DNA of 26,135 bases, taken from the IMG/VR virus record IMGVR_UViG_3300039180_001591, positions 1 to 26,135 of that record; one strand, given 5' to 3'. Shown here piece after piece: positions 1 through 8,100 of the stretch. How positions within the stretch are numbered: the stretch's first letter is position 1; each line of letters starts with the position of its first letter. Origin of the DNA: a virus. Taxonomy: Duplodnaviria; Caudoviricetes. Below the pieces are notes generated by a model. It made no database searches. It was not told where the DNA came from and saw only the letters and a list, made by a program, of their open reading frames with translations. The position numbers were made by a program, and so were the translations under genes.

Positions 1-509
1 TCATCATATGATTTTAAAATATGACATTGTTTACACAATAATTGATAATTTGAGGGTTGTTCACCTTCAGGTGTTGTTTTTAATTCTGAATTAATATGAT
101 CTACATCATATAAACCTGCTAGTTGATTAGTTGGTCTATCTGGGAAGAATTTATGAGCTGCGTATCCACAACTCTCACATTCTAACTCAATATTAAGTAT
201 CTTTTCTACTTTATACATCAACCAAGGTCGGCACGGAGCATTTATAGCATATTTTTTATATTGGATATGAGTCGAACAATATTTGTATCTTTGAGATTTA
301 TTATAAAACTCAGTTTCTTTACTACACCATTCTACTCTACATTCTTTATCACACATAACTTTTAATTTTTTCATACCTAAATTTTTAGTACACTCTTCAC
401 ATAATATTTCACCACTTTTAAAAGCCTCATCTCCGGTTAACATAATAGTTCTACAAATGTTGCAAAGTAAAGCACCATCACCGTTATTAAATTTTCTTAT
501 AGGTTTCAT
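1..509 (-). CDS. HNH endonuclease-like protein with N-terminal Cys-rich Zn-finger region (3' end runs off the window)
   Basis: Not in the ORF track; translated by hand from ATG at 509 (ATGA overlap with the upstream stop) with no stop to position 1: MKPIRKFNNGDGALLCNIC...CEEC...CESCG...YDVDHINSE...SNYQLLCKQCHILKS. CxxC...DH...N..LLCxxCH is the HNH signature. Internal ATGs at 374 and 356 are alternative starts. Confidence 0.75.
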   Translation of the reverse strand, partial: MKPIRKFNNGDGALLCNICRTIMLTGDEAFKSGEILCEECTKNLGMKKLKVMCDKECRVEWCSKETEFYNKSQRYKYCSTHIQYKKYAINAPCRPWLMYKVEKILNIELECESCGYAAHKFFPDRPTNQLAGLYDVDHINSELKTTPEGEQPSNYQLLCKQCHILKSYD

Positions 510-949
510 ATTATTCCTAGTTTTTTCTTGACAGTTTTCATATGAATACATTGTCTATCCTTTGCTCTATATTGTCCGGCGCAAGTACATTTTACTTTAT
601 CACCTGTTACAGTTACAGTATAAAATGAACCCGGATCACTTTTAGACTCAAACTTAAATTTTGATTTTTCTAATTTTACCTTAGGTGGTTTTGGTTTGTT
701 GTATGTTATGTCATTTATAGTAGTTTCAGGCAATACCTCTTTCCAATCCGGAATCATGTATAATTTTTCCTTTATTTTTACTAATGCTGGGTGGAATGAT
801 GCTGTTGATTCATATCTAAATCTTCTAACACTTATAAATGGGCCAAACCCCTTTGGATTTATACCAAATGCTTCACCATCAGGACGAAACATAATTCGAC
901 TCCTAATATTCCCATGTTTGTTTAAATTACTAAATTCCCACAATGCCAT
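506..949 (-). CDS. SWIM zinc-finger domain protein
   Basis: C-terminal YTVTV...KCTC...RQCIHM fits the SWIM CxC-xn-CxH pattern; directly downstream of a class-1 promoter motif. Confidence 0.7.
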   Translation of the reverse strand: MALWEFSNLNKHGNIRSRIMFRPDGEAFGINPKGFGPFISVRRFRYESTASFHPALVKIKEKLYMIPDWKEVLPETTINDITYNKPKPPKVKLEKSKFKFESKSDPGSFYTVTVTGDKVKCTCAGQYRAKDRQCIHMKTVKKKLGII

Positions 950-963
950 AACCTTTATTTTTT

Positions 964-982
964 AACAGGCTCGCGCCTTGTT
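964..982 (-). promoter_or_regulatory. GNRA-tetraloop hairpin in the predicted 5' UTR of the SWIM gene
   Basis: Minus strand AAC-A-AGGC-GCGA-GCCT-GTT: 7 bp stem with one bulge and a GCGA loop, between the promoter box (992-1001) and the ATG at 949. Confidence 0.5.
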
Positions 983-991
983 TATACCGTG

Positions 992-1021
992 AATATACGA
1001 ACAATTTTTGCGGTAACCTAA
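992..1021 (-). promoter_or_regulatory. Class-1 promoter motif
   Basis: Minus strand TTAGG-ttaccgcaaaaattg-TTCGTATATT, 42 nt upstream of ATG 949. Confidence 0.75.
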
Positions 1022-1028
1022 TAAATCG

Positions 1029-1775
1029 TCATAAGTTGTTTTTAGGAACAACAACCCCCGGCATACTTACTACCTCAGATGATTTTCTATTAGCATAGTT
1101 AATTGAGGTTTTTATATTGTGGGTTTCCTTATATTTTAATATAAAAGCGGATGTGAATGTATCACCAGCCCCACTTACATCAATGGTTTTTTGAGGATTA
1201 TGTGGAGGGTACATTTTACCTTGGTATTTTGCCCCTCTTACACCTAAAGTAGTAATTATGTTACTATCTTCTAATCCGAGGTTATTCAAGCTTTCGGATT
1301 CATTTAATTTAACAAAGGTGAATGCATCAACTATTTCTTGGGTTAACTTACGTTTACTATCTAAAATAGATAATGGTGAGTTTATACCAATTGATATTAG
1401 ATCTTCATCTGATAAAAAACCCTTATCATAATCACTTACAACTACAACATCAGATTCAAATATTGAATTTGTTGTTTTTTCCCCCCACTTCATAGGTGTT
1501 ATACCATCTTCCCCCTCATCTATACGGAAAAACATATGGTTGGATTTTTTATCTATGTAACGGGTTTTGGTGATATTTTTATCTTGACAGAAGTGTTGGA
1601 TTGTGCTTTCAGGTGAAAGTGCAGTTAAATTCTCTCCAGTGTTACCCGCCATACCCGCATTCATAGTTGTTTGTGTTGGGATCAATACTGGAACTGGTGC
1701 TTCAGGTGATAGGCGATTTGATGTACAATATCTAAATATATCAACACAAATTTCTCCTATAACTAATATTTTCAT
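1029..1775 (-). CDS. rfaE: RfaE/HldE domain-I-like heptose-7-phosphate kinase (PfkB family), stand-alone
   Basis: KILVIGE..D...RLSPEAPVPV, KTRY, RID, SDYDKG and the C-terminal PfkB motif DVSGAGDTF are characteristic of the HldE kinase domain; no adenylyltransferase domain is fused. Confidence 0.85.
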   Translation of the reverse strand: MKILVIGEICVDIFRYCTSNRLSPEAPVPVLIPTQTTMNAGMAGNTGENLTALSPESTIQHFCQDKNITKTRYIDKKSNHMFFRIDEGEDGITPMKWGEKTTNSIFESDVVVVSDYDKGFLSDEDLISIGINSPLSILDSKRKLTQEIVDAFTFVKLNESESLNNLGLEDSNIITTLGVRGAKYQGKMYPPHNPQKTIDVSGAGDTFTSAFILKYKETHNIKTSINYANRKSSEVVSMPGVVVPKNNL

Positions 1776-1905
1776 TGTCTTCTTTTTCTAATTGTAAATC
1801 TAAACTTAACATCACACACAACTTTTCTATTGCTTTTGGATATTTAATTATCATCTCTATTAATACATCATCCTCTATTAGATTAAAATAATTATCTTCA
1901 GTCAT
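1741..1905 (-). CDS. Small hypothetical protein (54 aa)
   Basis: Hand-translated MTEDNYFNLIEDDVLIEMIIKYPKAIEKLCVMLSLDLQLEKEDNENISYRRNLC; fills the gap between neighbours and overlaps both ends. Confidence 0.55.
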   Translation of the reverse strand: MTEDNYFNLIEDDVLIEMIIKYPKAIEKLCVMLSLDLQLEKEDNENISYRRNLC

Positions 1906-2395
1906 TATATTTTTTTAATTGTTTTTGAACTTTAACCCAATATTGTAAAGTTCGATTATACCTATAACCTCTAGGACCGCCATTCCAGTTACGAGCTATT
2001 TTTTCTAACTCATCGTTGGGGTGGTGGTAATCTTTCCATACCATAAACATATTAATTGATTTTTGTCTATTAAATCTGTCTTTCAATTTAAATCTATAAA
2101 CTTCACCTTGTTTCTTTAAAATACGATTTACTTCACGAACCATAATTGGTCTGATTTGAAGTACTCCTACAGATGGTTCTGTTAGGTGGGTGTCGCCAAT
2201 TGCACTGTCTTTACCGCGTGATTCAACGTATATTAGCGCGTCAATCAAATTTTTGATGGGTAATGTTGATATTGGGAGAGGTGTGATTTCTACGGGGGTT
2301 ATTACAACACTTGGTGTGTTATTGAACGTAGGTGTTGTGTTTACACCACCACTAAAGGTTAAAGGCATAAAGCATAAAAGTAGTAATTTTTTCAT
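1898..2395 (-). CDS. Lysozyme-fold muramidase/transglycosylase with signal peptide, i-type (destabilase)-like
   Basis: N-terminal MKKLLLLCFMPLTFS signal-like segment, Thr/Pro linker, ALIYVES (candidate catalytic Glu), GVLQI, and ARNWNGGPRG...TLQYWVKV. Confidence 0.7.
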   Translation of the reverse strand: MKKLLLLCFMPLTFSGGVNTTPTFNNTPSVVITPVEITPLPISTLPIKNLIDALIYVESRGKDSAIGDTHLTEPSVGVLQIRPIMVREVNRILKKQGEVYRFKLKDRFNRQKSINMFMVWKDYHHPNDELEKIARNWNGGPRGYRYNRTLQYWVKVQKQLKKYND

Positions 2396-2418
2396 AATTA
2401 TTTATTTTTATATGCCCC

Positions 2419-2448
2419 AATATACGAACAGTTATTTGGGGTTCCTAA
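2419..2448 (-). promoter_or_regulatory. Class-1 promoter motif
   Basis: TTAGG-aaccccaaataactg-TTCGTATATT, 23 nt upstream of ATG 2395. Confidence 0.8.
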
Positions 2449-2454
2449 TATAAC

Positions 2455-2628
2455 TTAAAATAAATCTAAAAAACCTTTTCCTATTATTTTTGTTTTTAAT
2501 TTTGTATTTTTTTCATCATCCTTCAGCATCTTGTTTGCTAGCTTTTCAAGGTGGTGATTCTTTTGCTTATCGTAATCCTTTACGATTTTATCATGCTTAC
2601 TTGCTTTAATGCTTCTTGATTTTTTCAT
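2455..2628 (-). CDS. Small basic hypothetical protein (57 aa) ending in FLDLF
   Basis: Hand-translated MKKSRSIKASKHDKIVKDYDKQKNHHLEKLANKMLKDDEKNTKLKTKIIGKGFLDLF; ATGA overlap with the upstream gene. Confidence 0.7.
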   Translation of the reverse strand: MKKSRSIKASKHDKIVKDYDKQKNHHLEKLANKMLKDDEKNTKLKTKIIGKGFLDLF

Positions 2629-3251
2629 ATTCTTGAAATAATATCAAATTCCTCATCATCATCATCACCTAATCCTAATTCTTTAAGACGTTGGAGATGA
2701 TAATTATCAACTTCCCATTCTACCTTACCTTGATTTACGGGTTTATGATCTTCAATACCCTCAATTTGTTTACTAGTAAATATATCACCTACAGTAAGGA
2801 AGAAATGATTATAACATAACATTTCTAAATTCTCTAAATGGTAATTTTTCTTATTATTATCTTTAAAATGTAATAGGATCGGGATTTTATAATCTAAAAC
2901 CCTTCTTTCCTGGAATCCACATTGTGTACATTTTTCTTCTAAATACCCCTCAGTAATTAATCTGTATTTGATTTTTTCAGGTGAGAATGACGAGGCATTA
3001 GCCCTACCCTCAATTATATCCAATAATGCAGGTTCTTTACCACCCACTCTTAAAAATTTTGGGATTCCTTTACCAGAGGGGTTTAGATGTTCTTCAAATA
3101 AACTTTTATGGGTTTTGCTGTCGTATAGCTTAGCCCATTTTTTATAATGTTGGTATGAAACATTTAGAAATCTACTTGCTGCCAAGTTAGACTTCGTCTT
3201 GTTCATAGCCGCAACTATTAACTCCTTCCCTAATGGTTTTGCTTTAGGCAT
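2625..3251 (-). CDS. Degenerate HNH-like protein with putative N-terminal helix-turn-helix
   Basis: SNLAASRFLNVSYQHYKKW is HTH-like; CTQC...LLHFKDNNKKNYHLENLEMLCYNH resembles HNH LxxHHxDGxxxNNxxENLxxLCxNCH with key substitutions. Confidence 0.55.
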   Translation of the reverse strand: MPKAKPLGKELIVAAMNKTKSNLAASRFLNVSYQHYKKWAKLYDSKTHKSLFEEHLNPSGKGIPKFLRVGGKEPALLDIIEGRANASSFSPEKIKYRLITEGYLEEKCTQCGFQERRVLDYKIPILLHFKDNNKKNYHLENLEMLCYNHFFLTVGDIFTSKQIEGIEDHKPVNQGKVEWEVDNYHLQRLKELGLGDDDDEEFDIISRI

Positions 3252-3492
3252 CTTGACTATATGAATCGAATTTTACAACTTTACGTTGTGAATCTTCTAA
3301 GGTTTTTGCTTGATCCGGTGTTAATATTTGGATATCATTCCAAGTATGGTCACCTGAACCATTTATGGTGCTAACTGCTGTATATGCTCCTACTGTTGAA
3401 CAGTTGATACAGTTTTTATAGCCGAATTTCGTTAATCTAAGCTCAGGCATTGCTTCTTTACATACAACGCATGGTATTGTTTTATTTTTCAT
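3244..3492 (-). CDS. DksA/TraR-type C4 zinc-finger protein (82 aa)
   Basis: CVVCKEAMPELRLTKFGYKNCINC matches CxxCxExIPxxRL-xn-CxxC. Start moved from TTG 3543, which lies inside the promoter box, to ATG 3492. Confidence 0.6.
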   Translation of the reverse strand: MKNKTIPCVVCKEAMPELRLTKFGYKNCINCSTVGAYTAVSTINGSGDHTWNDIQILTPDQAKTLEDSQRKVVKFDSYSQDA

Positions 3493-3542
3493 TTTTATTT
3501 TATTTAGGTTTACACCTACAGTATAACTATAAACTTCCCCCA

Positions 3543-3572
3543 AATATACGAAAGAATATTGGGTTTTCCAAA
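3543..3572 (-). promoter_or_regulatory. Class-1 promoter motif; exact Bacteroidota -33/-7 match
   Basis: TTTGG-aaaacccaatattct-TTCGTATATT-TG gives TTTG (3572-3569), a 20 nt spacer and TATATTTG (3548-3541) = TAnnTTTG. Confidence 0.85.
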
Positions 3573-3579
3573 TGTTAAT

Positions 3580-3975
3580 TTATTTTGCTTTATATTTAAT
3601 ATAGCTCCATAAGTCATCAACATTATTAAGAGTAAATACTTTACCATCATCAAAATTTAGAGGTTTAACTTCTCCATCCTCATTTAACCTATCAAAAAGA
3701 TAAAACATTATTGTTTCTTTTGCACTATCACCATATAGGTAGGTAAAGTCGTTTTCTATTACAGACCATAGGGGGTCTGTTATTGTGTTAATTTGTATCC
3801 CATAATCCTCATATAATTTATCTTCAAGAATACGAGAATCTTCTAATCCTTGGATTGTATTTTTAAATAATAATTCTTCAGTAGCATCAATATTATCTTT
3901 AATATTTATCTCAGTACCTAGAATTGATTTAAATAATGAATTTAATTCATTTGATCCTTCTATTTTATCTTCCAT
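3580..3975 (-). CDS. Acidic hypothetical protein
   Basis: 131 aa ORF in operon context; no motif recognised. Confidence 0.75.
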   Translation of the reverse strand: MEDKIEGSNELNSLFKSILGTEINIKDNIDATEELLFKNTIQGLEDSRILEDKLYEDYGIQINTITDPLWSVIENDFTYLYGDSAKETIMFYLFDRLNEDGEVKPLNFDDGKVFTLNNVDDLWSYIKYKAK

Positions 3976-3983
3976 ATTTTTAA

Positions 3984-4139
3984 TTATTTTGCAATTATGA
4001 AAATTTCCTTAAAGTCTTTTAAGGGTAGCCTCTTAACCTTACTAGCTAAATCATAAGCATCCTTTATATTATCAGCATCTACACTACCTACTGTTTCTTT
4101 GTTTATATCTTTCTTATAATAAAATTTCCACTTTGACAT
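3984..4139 (-). CDS. Small hypothetical protein (51 aa)
   Basis: Hand-translated MSKWKFYYKKDINKETVGSVDADNIKDAYDLASKVKRLPLKDFKEIFIIAK; fills the gap with 3 and 8 nt spacers. Confidence 0.7.
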   Translation of the reverse strand: MSKWKFYYKKDINKETVGSVDADNIKDAYDLASKVKRLPLKDFKEIFIIAK

Positions 4140-4142
4140 AAT

Positions 4143-4484
4143 TTATTTTTTAGTTGTGAGTTTGCTTATTAGTTTTTCAATTTTTATACATTCTTCATAA
4201 TCCTCAATATTAATGAAATGATTTGTTACATTTTCTAATACTGTATGAAACCTAGACCTATCTAGTTCTATTATTATAGACATATTGAAAACATTAAACA
4301 ATTCAACCTTATCTAAATCCTTTTCAATTGCTTCTTTAATTGAGGAATAAGATTTTAATAAAATGAAGTTTGAAAATTGTGGGCTATTACGTAAATCAAT
4401 TAAATCCTGAGTGTTATCCCATACTAATTCTATGTATGTTGCCTCTCCTTCTGTGCTGTTTTTTTTATCGTTTTTATTTTCCAT
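4143..4484 (-). CDS. Hypothetical protein with C-terminal UVR-like motif
   Basis: 113 aa; C-terminal EDYEECIKIEKLI resembles the UVR (UvrB/C) EDYEXAAXXRDXI helical hairpin. Confidence 0.6.
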   Translation of the reverse strand: MENKNDKKNSTEGEATYIELVWDNTQDLIDLRNSPQFSNFILLKSYSSIKEAIEKDLDKVELFNVFNMSIIIELDRSRFHTVLENVTNHFINIEDYEECIKIEKLISKLTTKK

Positions 4485-4508
4485 TATGAGAGTATTTTTA
4501 AGTTCACG

Positions 4509-4516
4509 TATAAATA
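4509..4516 (-). promoter_or_regulatory. Class-2 motif TATTTATA (candidate second promoter class)
   Basis: Intergenic, 24 nt upstream of ATG 4484; variant TATGTATA occurs in two other gaps that lack the class-1 motif. Confidence 0.4.
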
Positions 4517-4517
4517 T

Positions 4518-5315
4518 TTAGAATTTAATTCCCCTAACATTAACCCCTTTGGGTCTGTGGGAATTATTTTCAAACAGATTGGGAGACATGCCCCACTTGT
4601 ACATAAACGTGGCAGCTGCCGGGCCCTCTGTTGCTTTAAACATATCGCCTTCTTTTCCATTTTTAGTTGCAGAACTTCCGAAGTGGTAAAGATGCGCATT
4701 ATGGGTTCTAATAAATCCTAATCCTATTAAATCTAATTTTAAGAAAAAATCCCAATCACAAATAAAAGGTGATTGGTACATTGTATCAAATCCCCCAGCA
4801 GCCATATAATATTTTTTATACATAGCAAATGGGAAGATACCCCCATCGAGTGAGATTGTATTTGACCTTATAGATTTTTCGTATTTAATAAATTGTTCAT
4901 ATTCAAAAGTACTTGGTGTTTTTCCTAAATCCTTAACTGGGAAGTTGAATATTCCAGGGCCTGTAGGTTCTATTTGATTTAAGGTAACTACTGTTTTATC
5001 ATGACCTTCTAATGATTGTAATATTTCAACATCATAATTCTCACAAAACACATTATCATCATTAACTATAAATACTATTTCGTTAGTAGCATTCATTACT
5101 GCAAGGTTAAGTGCTTGCTGCATGCCCTGATTTTCACCTAAATCTAATACTTGAATATCATCCTTGTATTTATCTAATACTAAGTTACTTTCTTCAATAA
5201 AACCATCAACAGCAACTATAATTTCATTCTTATTTGATTGTTGAGAAATTGCTGATTTTAAACATATATCTAAATATTCAGGGTTTCTGTATGTGGGTAT
5301 TATTACTGATATCAT
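4518..5315 (-). CDS. Glycosyltransferase family 2
   Basis: ISVIIPTY, IIVAVDG, NQGMQQALN, VNDD (DxD-like), GGFD, CDWDF. Confidence 0.9.
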   Translation of the reverse strand: MISVIIPTYRNPEYLDICLKSAISQQSNKNEIIVAVDGFIEESNLVLDKYKDDIQVLDLGENQGMQQALNLAVMNATNEIVFIVNDDNVFCENYDVEILQSLEGHDKTVVTLNQIEPTGPGIFNFPVKDLGKTPSTFEYEQFIKYEKSIRSNTISLDGGIFPFAMYKKYYMAAGGFDTMYQSPFICDWDFFLKLDLIGLGFIRTHNAHLYHFGSSATKNGKEGDMFKATEGPAAATFMYKWGMSPNLFENNSHRPKGVNVRGIKF

Positions 5316-5995
5316 AGTTTGTTATTTATTTTTTCCCAATCAATGGTTGGGGATAATAACCCTTCCATACAATGTGTTGCTAATCCTGGTACAGGTGTTA
5401 GTACATATCTCTGTCTTTCGTCGTTAAGATACATAAAGGTATTGTGGTCTCCTACTGCACTTTCCCATACATCATAATCTTTATTAAATAGATGACGTGT
5501 AACAATGAATGTCCCACAAGTGCTAGGTGTTGTTCTCCAGTGGTGGGTATTTGTTGTGATTACCTTAGATGCTAGGTCAGCATATAAAGGCATGTATTTG
5601 TCGTTATGATCATATAGGGAAACATAATTTAATGACTTATAACATGAAAATAAATCAACCACCTTATCTACCCAATCATCTACATGGAGGTAATCATTTT
5701 CAACGAAATATATTAAATCATCATCACCCATCTCTGTATTTTGGATATGTTTTAACAAATCCCTATACGATAGTAAACTGGAACCATTATTTGTTTGAAA
5801 TAAATCAAACTTATCTTGGTAGTTTTTTGTAAAGTCATCACCAATATTACCATCAAGGGCCAACGTTAAATTTATATTTTCGTTACCTTCAATAGTTTTT
5901 AGTAAATTATTCCAACAATCCTCAAAATTAAACCAGTTAGGTCTATTTCTTACTATACAATTGGAAGCGTGTCTATAATAAATGTGTATTTTCAT
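5312..5995 (-). CDS. Putative GT-A fold glycosyltransferase
   Basis: LTLALDG, IYFVENDYLH (ExD metal site), STCGTF, PGLATH; located among glycosyltransferases. Confidence 0.6.
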   Translation of the reverse strand: MKIHIYYRHASNCIVRNRPNWFNFEDCWNNLLKTIEGNENINLTLALDGNIGDDFTKNYQDKFDLFQTNNGSSLLSYRDLLKHIQNTEMGDDDLIYFVENDYLHVDDWVDKVVDLFSCYKSLNYVSLYDHNDKYMPLYADLASKVITTNTHHWRTTPSTCGTFIVTRHLFNKDYDVWESAVGDHNTFMYLNDERQRYVLTPVPGLATHCMEGLLSPTIDWEKINNKL

Positions 5996-5996
5996 A

Positions 5997-7142
5997 TTAT
6001 CCTTTTTTACAAACTAACATTATACTAGAACATAAATCTGGGTATTGTTGTCCTAAATCAAAACACCCATCTAAATATTCCTCTGATATTATATCCGTTT
6101 GGAGTAATTTATCCCATTGGAAGTTTGCCAATGCCTTGAAGAATATGCCTGATCTTGTTATAACATCCAATCCTGATTTCCTAGCATGACTTTCTAAAAC
6201 ATCTAAGGTATAGGTAATGTTATGTCCATGTTCCTTTTCAGAGGGTGTAATAGATGTATTATTATCTATCAACCCCATCTTGACTGCTATTTGTCTTGAA
6301 GGGGCATTAGCATTTGGTACAACTACAAACAGCTTACCATTTTCAGATAACCATTCGTTGTTTATTTTGTTTAATAATTCTATAGGGTCATCTATATGTT
6401 CTAATACATGAGTTAATATAATATTATCATATTTTTTGTCTAACACAACATCATTAAATAAACCTTCAACCCAGTTAACATCTCCACCTAGCTTTTCCTT
6501 TGATTTCGAAATTGCTATTGAGGATGCTTCAACACACGTAATATCTTTGAAATGGGGGAGAAGTCTTTTAGTGAAGTCACCCTTAAAACTACCCAACTCC
6601 AAACAATTACCTTCTACAAAGTGGGGTTGGAATGATTTTATCATATAGGGGTGCATGATGTCAAAATCAAAATTATAGGCATATTTGTGATCTTTAGTAT
6701 CTGCTAATTCTTTATTATAATCTCTATTTAAATCTCTACTCATTATTATTGTTTTTAATTTTACATCTACTACTTTAAATTTATGTTTTTCATAAAATGT
6801 AATGGCTCTCCCATTTTCCTTATATACTTCCAAGTTAATAGATTTATAACCTATGTTAGAAAAATAATCAATACATTCTTTTATTAAAGATAAAGACATA
6901 CCCTTACCTTGATATTTGGGTTCTACACTTACATTAGTAATATACCCCAATTTATTATCATTACTGTAGGCGGCTATCAACCCAATTAATTCATCTCCCC
7001 TAAATCTTTCAAAAAGTATTGCTTTAGAATGGATTTTTTCAGCATATTCCGTTAAACTAACATAAGTATCTAGGCTAGGTGTAAAACTATCTTTACAAAC
7101 CTCTAAATGGTTTCTTAGTTGTAGTATATTTGATTTATTCAT
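5997..7142 (-). CDS. GNAT N-acetyltransferase fused to class I SAM-dependent methyltransferase
   Basis: N-terminal YITNVSVEPKYQGKG (acetyl-CoA motif A) and LEV...N..AITFYEKHKF; C-terminal CLELGSFKG, VEAS, IILTHVLEHIDDP, VVVPN. Confidence 0.85.
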   Translation of the reverse strand: MNKSNILQLRNHLEVCKDSFTPSLDTYVSLTEYAEKIHSKAILFERFRGDELIGLIAAYSNDNKLGYITNVSVEPKYQGKGMSLSLIKECIDYFSNIGYKSINLEVYKENGRAITFYEKHKFKVVDVKLKTIIMSRDLNRDYNKELADTKDHKYAYNFDFDIMHPYMIKSFQPHFVEGNCLELGSFKGDFTKRLLPHFKDITCVEASSIAISKSKEKLGGDVNWVEGLFNDVVLDKKYDNIILTHVLEHIDDPIELLNKINNEWLSENGKLFVVVPNANAPSRQIAVKMGLIDNNTSITPSEKEHGHNITYTLDVLESHARKSGLDVITRSGIFFKALANFQWDKLLQTDIISEEYLDGCFDLGQQYPDLCSSIMLVCKKG

Positions 7143-8100
7143 CTTTTAATATTGCGAGGCCAAAACCATATTTACCAAATTCATTTCCGTTATAGAGCAT
7201 GTAATGGTTACCTTTTAATTCAAATACGTGGGGGTAGTGTTGCATTTCACTATCCCATCCTGAATTTGAGTAATCAATTCCAGATTCTTGATCTCTTCGT
7301 TCCCATTCAACACCATCTTCAGAAATGGCATATCCTATCTTATACCCCCTACCTTCTTGTGTTCTAAATTCAAACCCTTCCCTATATACAAAGTACATAT
7401 GGTACATCCCATCTTTGAAAAATACATCAGGTCCGGCTTGACATTCATTGTTACTTAAAACATCCTCAATAATGTTGGTGTCTAGTTTTACCCAATTAAC
7501 CCCATCATGTGATTCTGCCATTCTAATCTTATATATTATTTCAGGTTTGCCCTTATGGTTAACCCATTCACTCCCCGCAAGATAATATAAATAATACTGA
7601 TTTCCAAATTTTCTTATTTTGGGGCCGCTAATAACAAAAGGTTCATTAGTAGAAGGTCCTAATATCGGACCCTTACCATATCTCTCGAATGTGTCACCTC
7701 CATTTTCACTCACTGCTAACCCAACAGCACAGTTAAATGGTACTGATTTACATCTATACCACCCAGCATAGTATAATTTTACTTTACCATCTTCTTCAAT
7801 TACTGATGTGGGGTATATTGAATGTTCATCAAATGTTCCTAAGTCACCTAGGGGCATTACAGGATGTTTTGATACTCTTAATACTTTAGTTAAGTCGTTT
7901 ATATCTAACTCTAACCATGTAGTATTTGAAGTCATATTACCATCTAACTCTCTATCAGGTCTACATGAGAAATAAACTCTTACACAGTCATCTTTTATTA
8001 GAGTGCTAACGGATTGTGAATGGGTTTTCATCCAATCTCTCTTAACCCCATCAACCCAAGTAGTTGGGTTAAATATTTGTCCTAATTTTTCCCATCTCAT
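7135..8100 (-). CDS. Five-bladed beta-propeller glycoside-hydrolase-like protein (GH32/43/130-like fold)
   Basis: Repeated blades: LYYAG..VGLAVSENGG.TFER, LYYLAG..IRMAESHDGVNWVK, MYFVY..IGYAISEDGVEWER, MLYNG..FGLAIL. Confidence 0.7.
   Translation of the reverse strand: MRWEKLGQIFNPTTWVDGVKRDWMKTHSQSVSTLIKDDCVRVYFSCRPDRELDGNMTSNTTWLELDINDLTKVLRVSKHPVMPLGDLGTFDEHSIYPTSVIEEDGKVKLYYAGWYRCKSVPFNCAVGLAVSENGGDTFERYGKGPILGPSTNEPFVISGPKIRKFGNQYYLYYLAGSEWVNHKGKPEIIYKIRMAESHDGVNWVKLDTNIIEDVLSNNECQAGPDVFFKDGMYHMYFVYREGFEFRTQEGRGYKIGYAISEDGVEWERRDQESGIDYSNSGWDSEMQHYPHVFELKGNHYMLYNGNEFGKYGFGLAILKDE

Noticed and set aside
3493-3543. TTG start at 3543 giving a 99 aa protein
   Set aside because: The TTG lies within the promoter -7 element; ATG 3492 has the A-rich context seen at other starts.
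4509-4516. Plus-strand TATAAATA identical to the T4 late promoter
   Set aside because: It points antisense to every gene, and the two sister sites read TATACATA; treated instead as the minus-strand class-2 motif.
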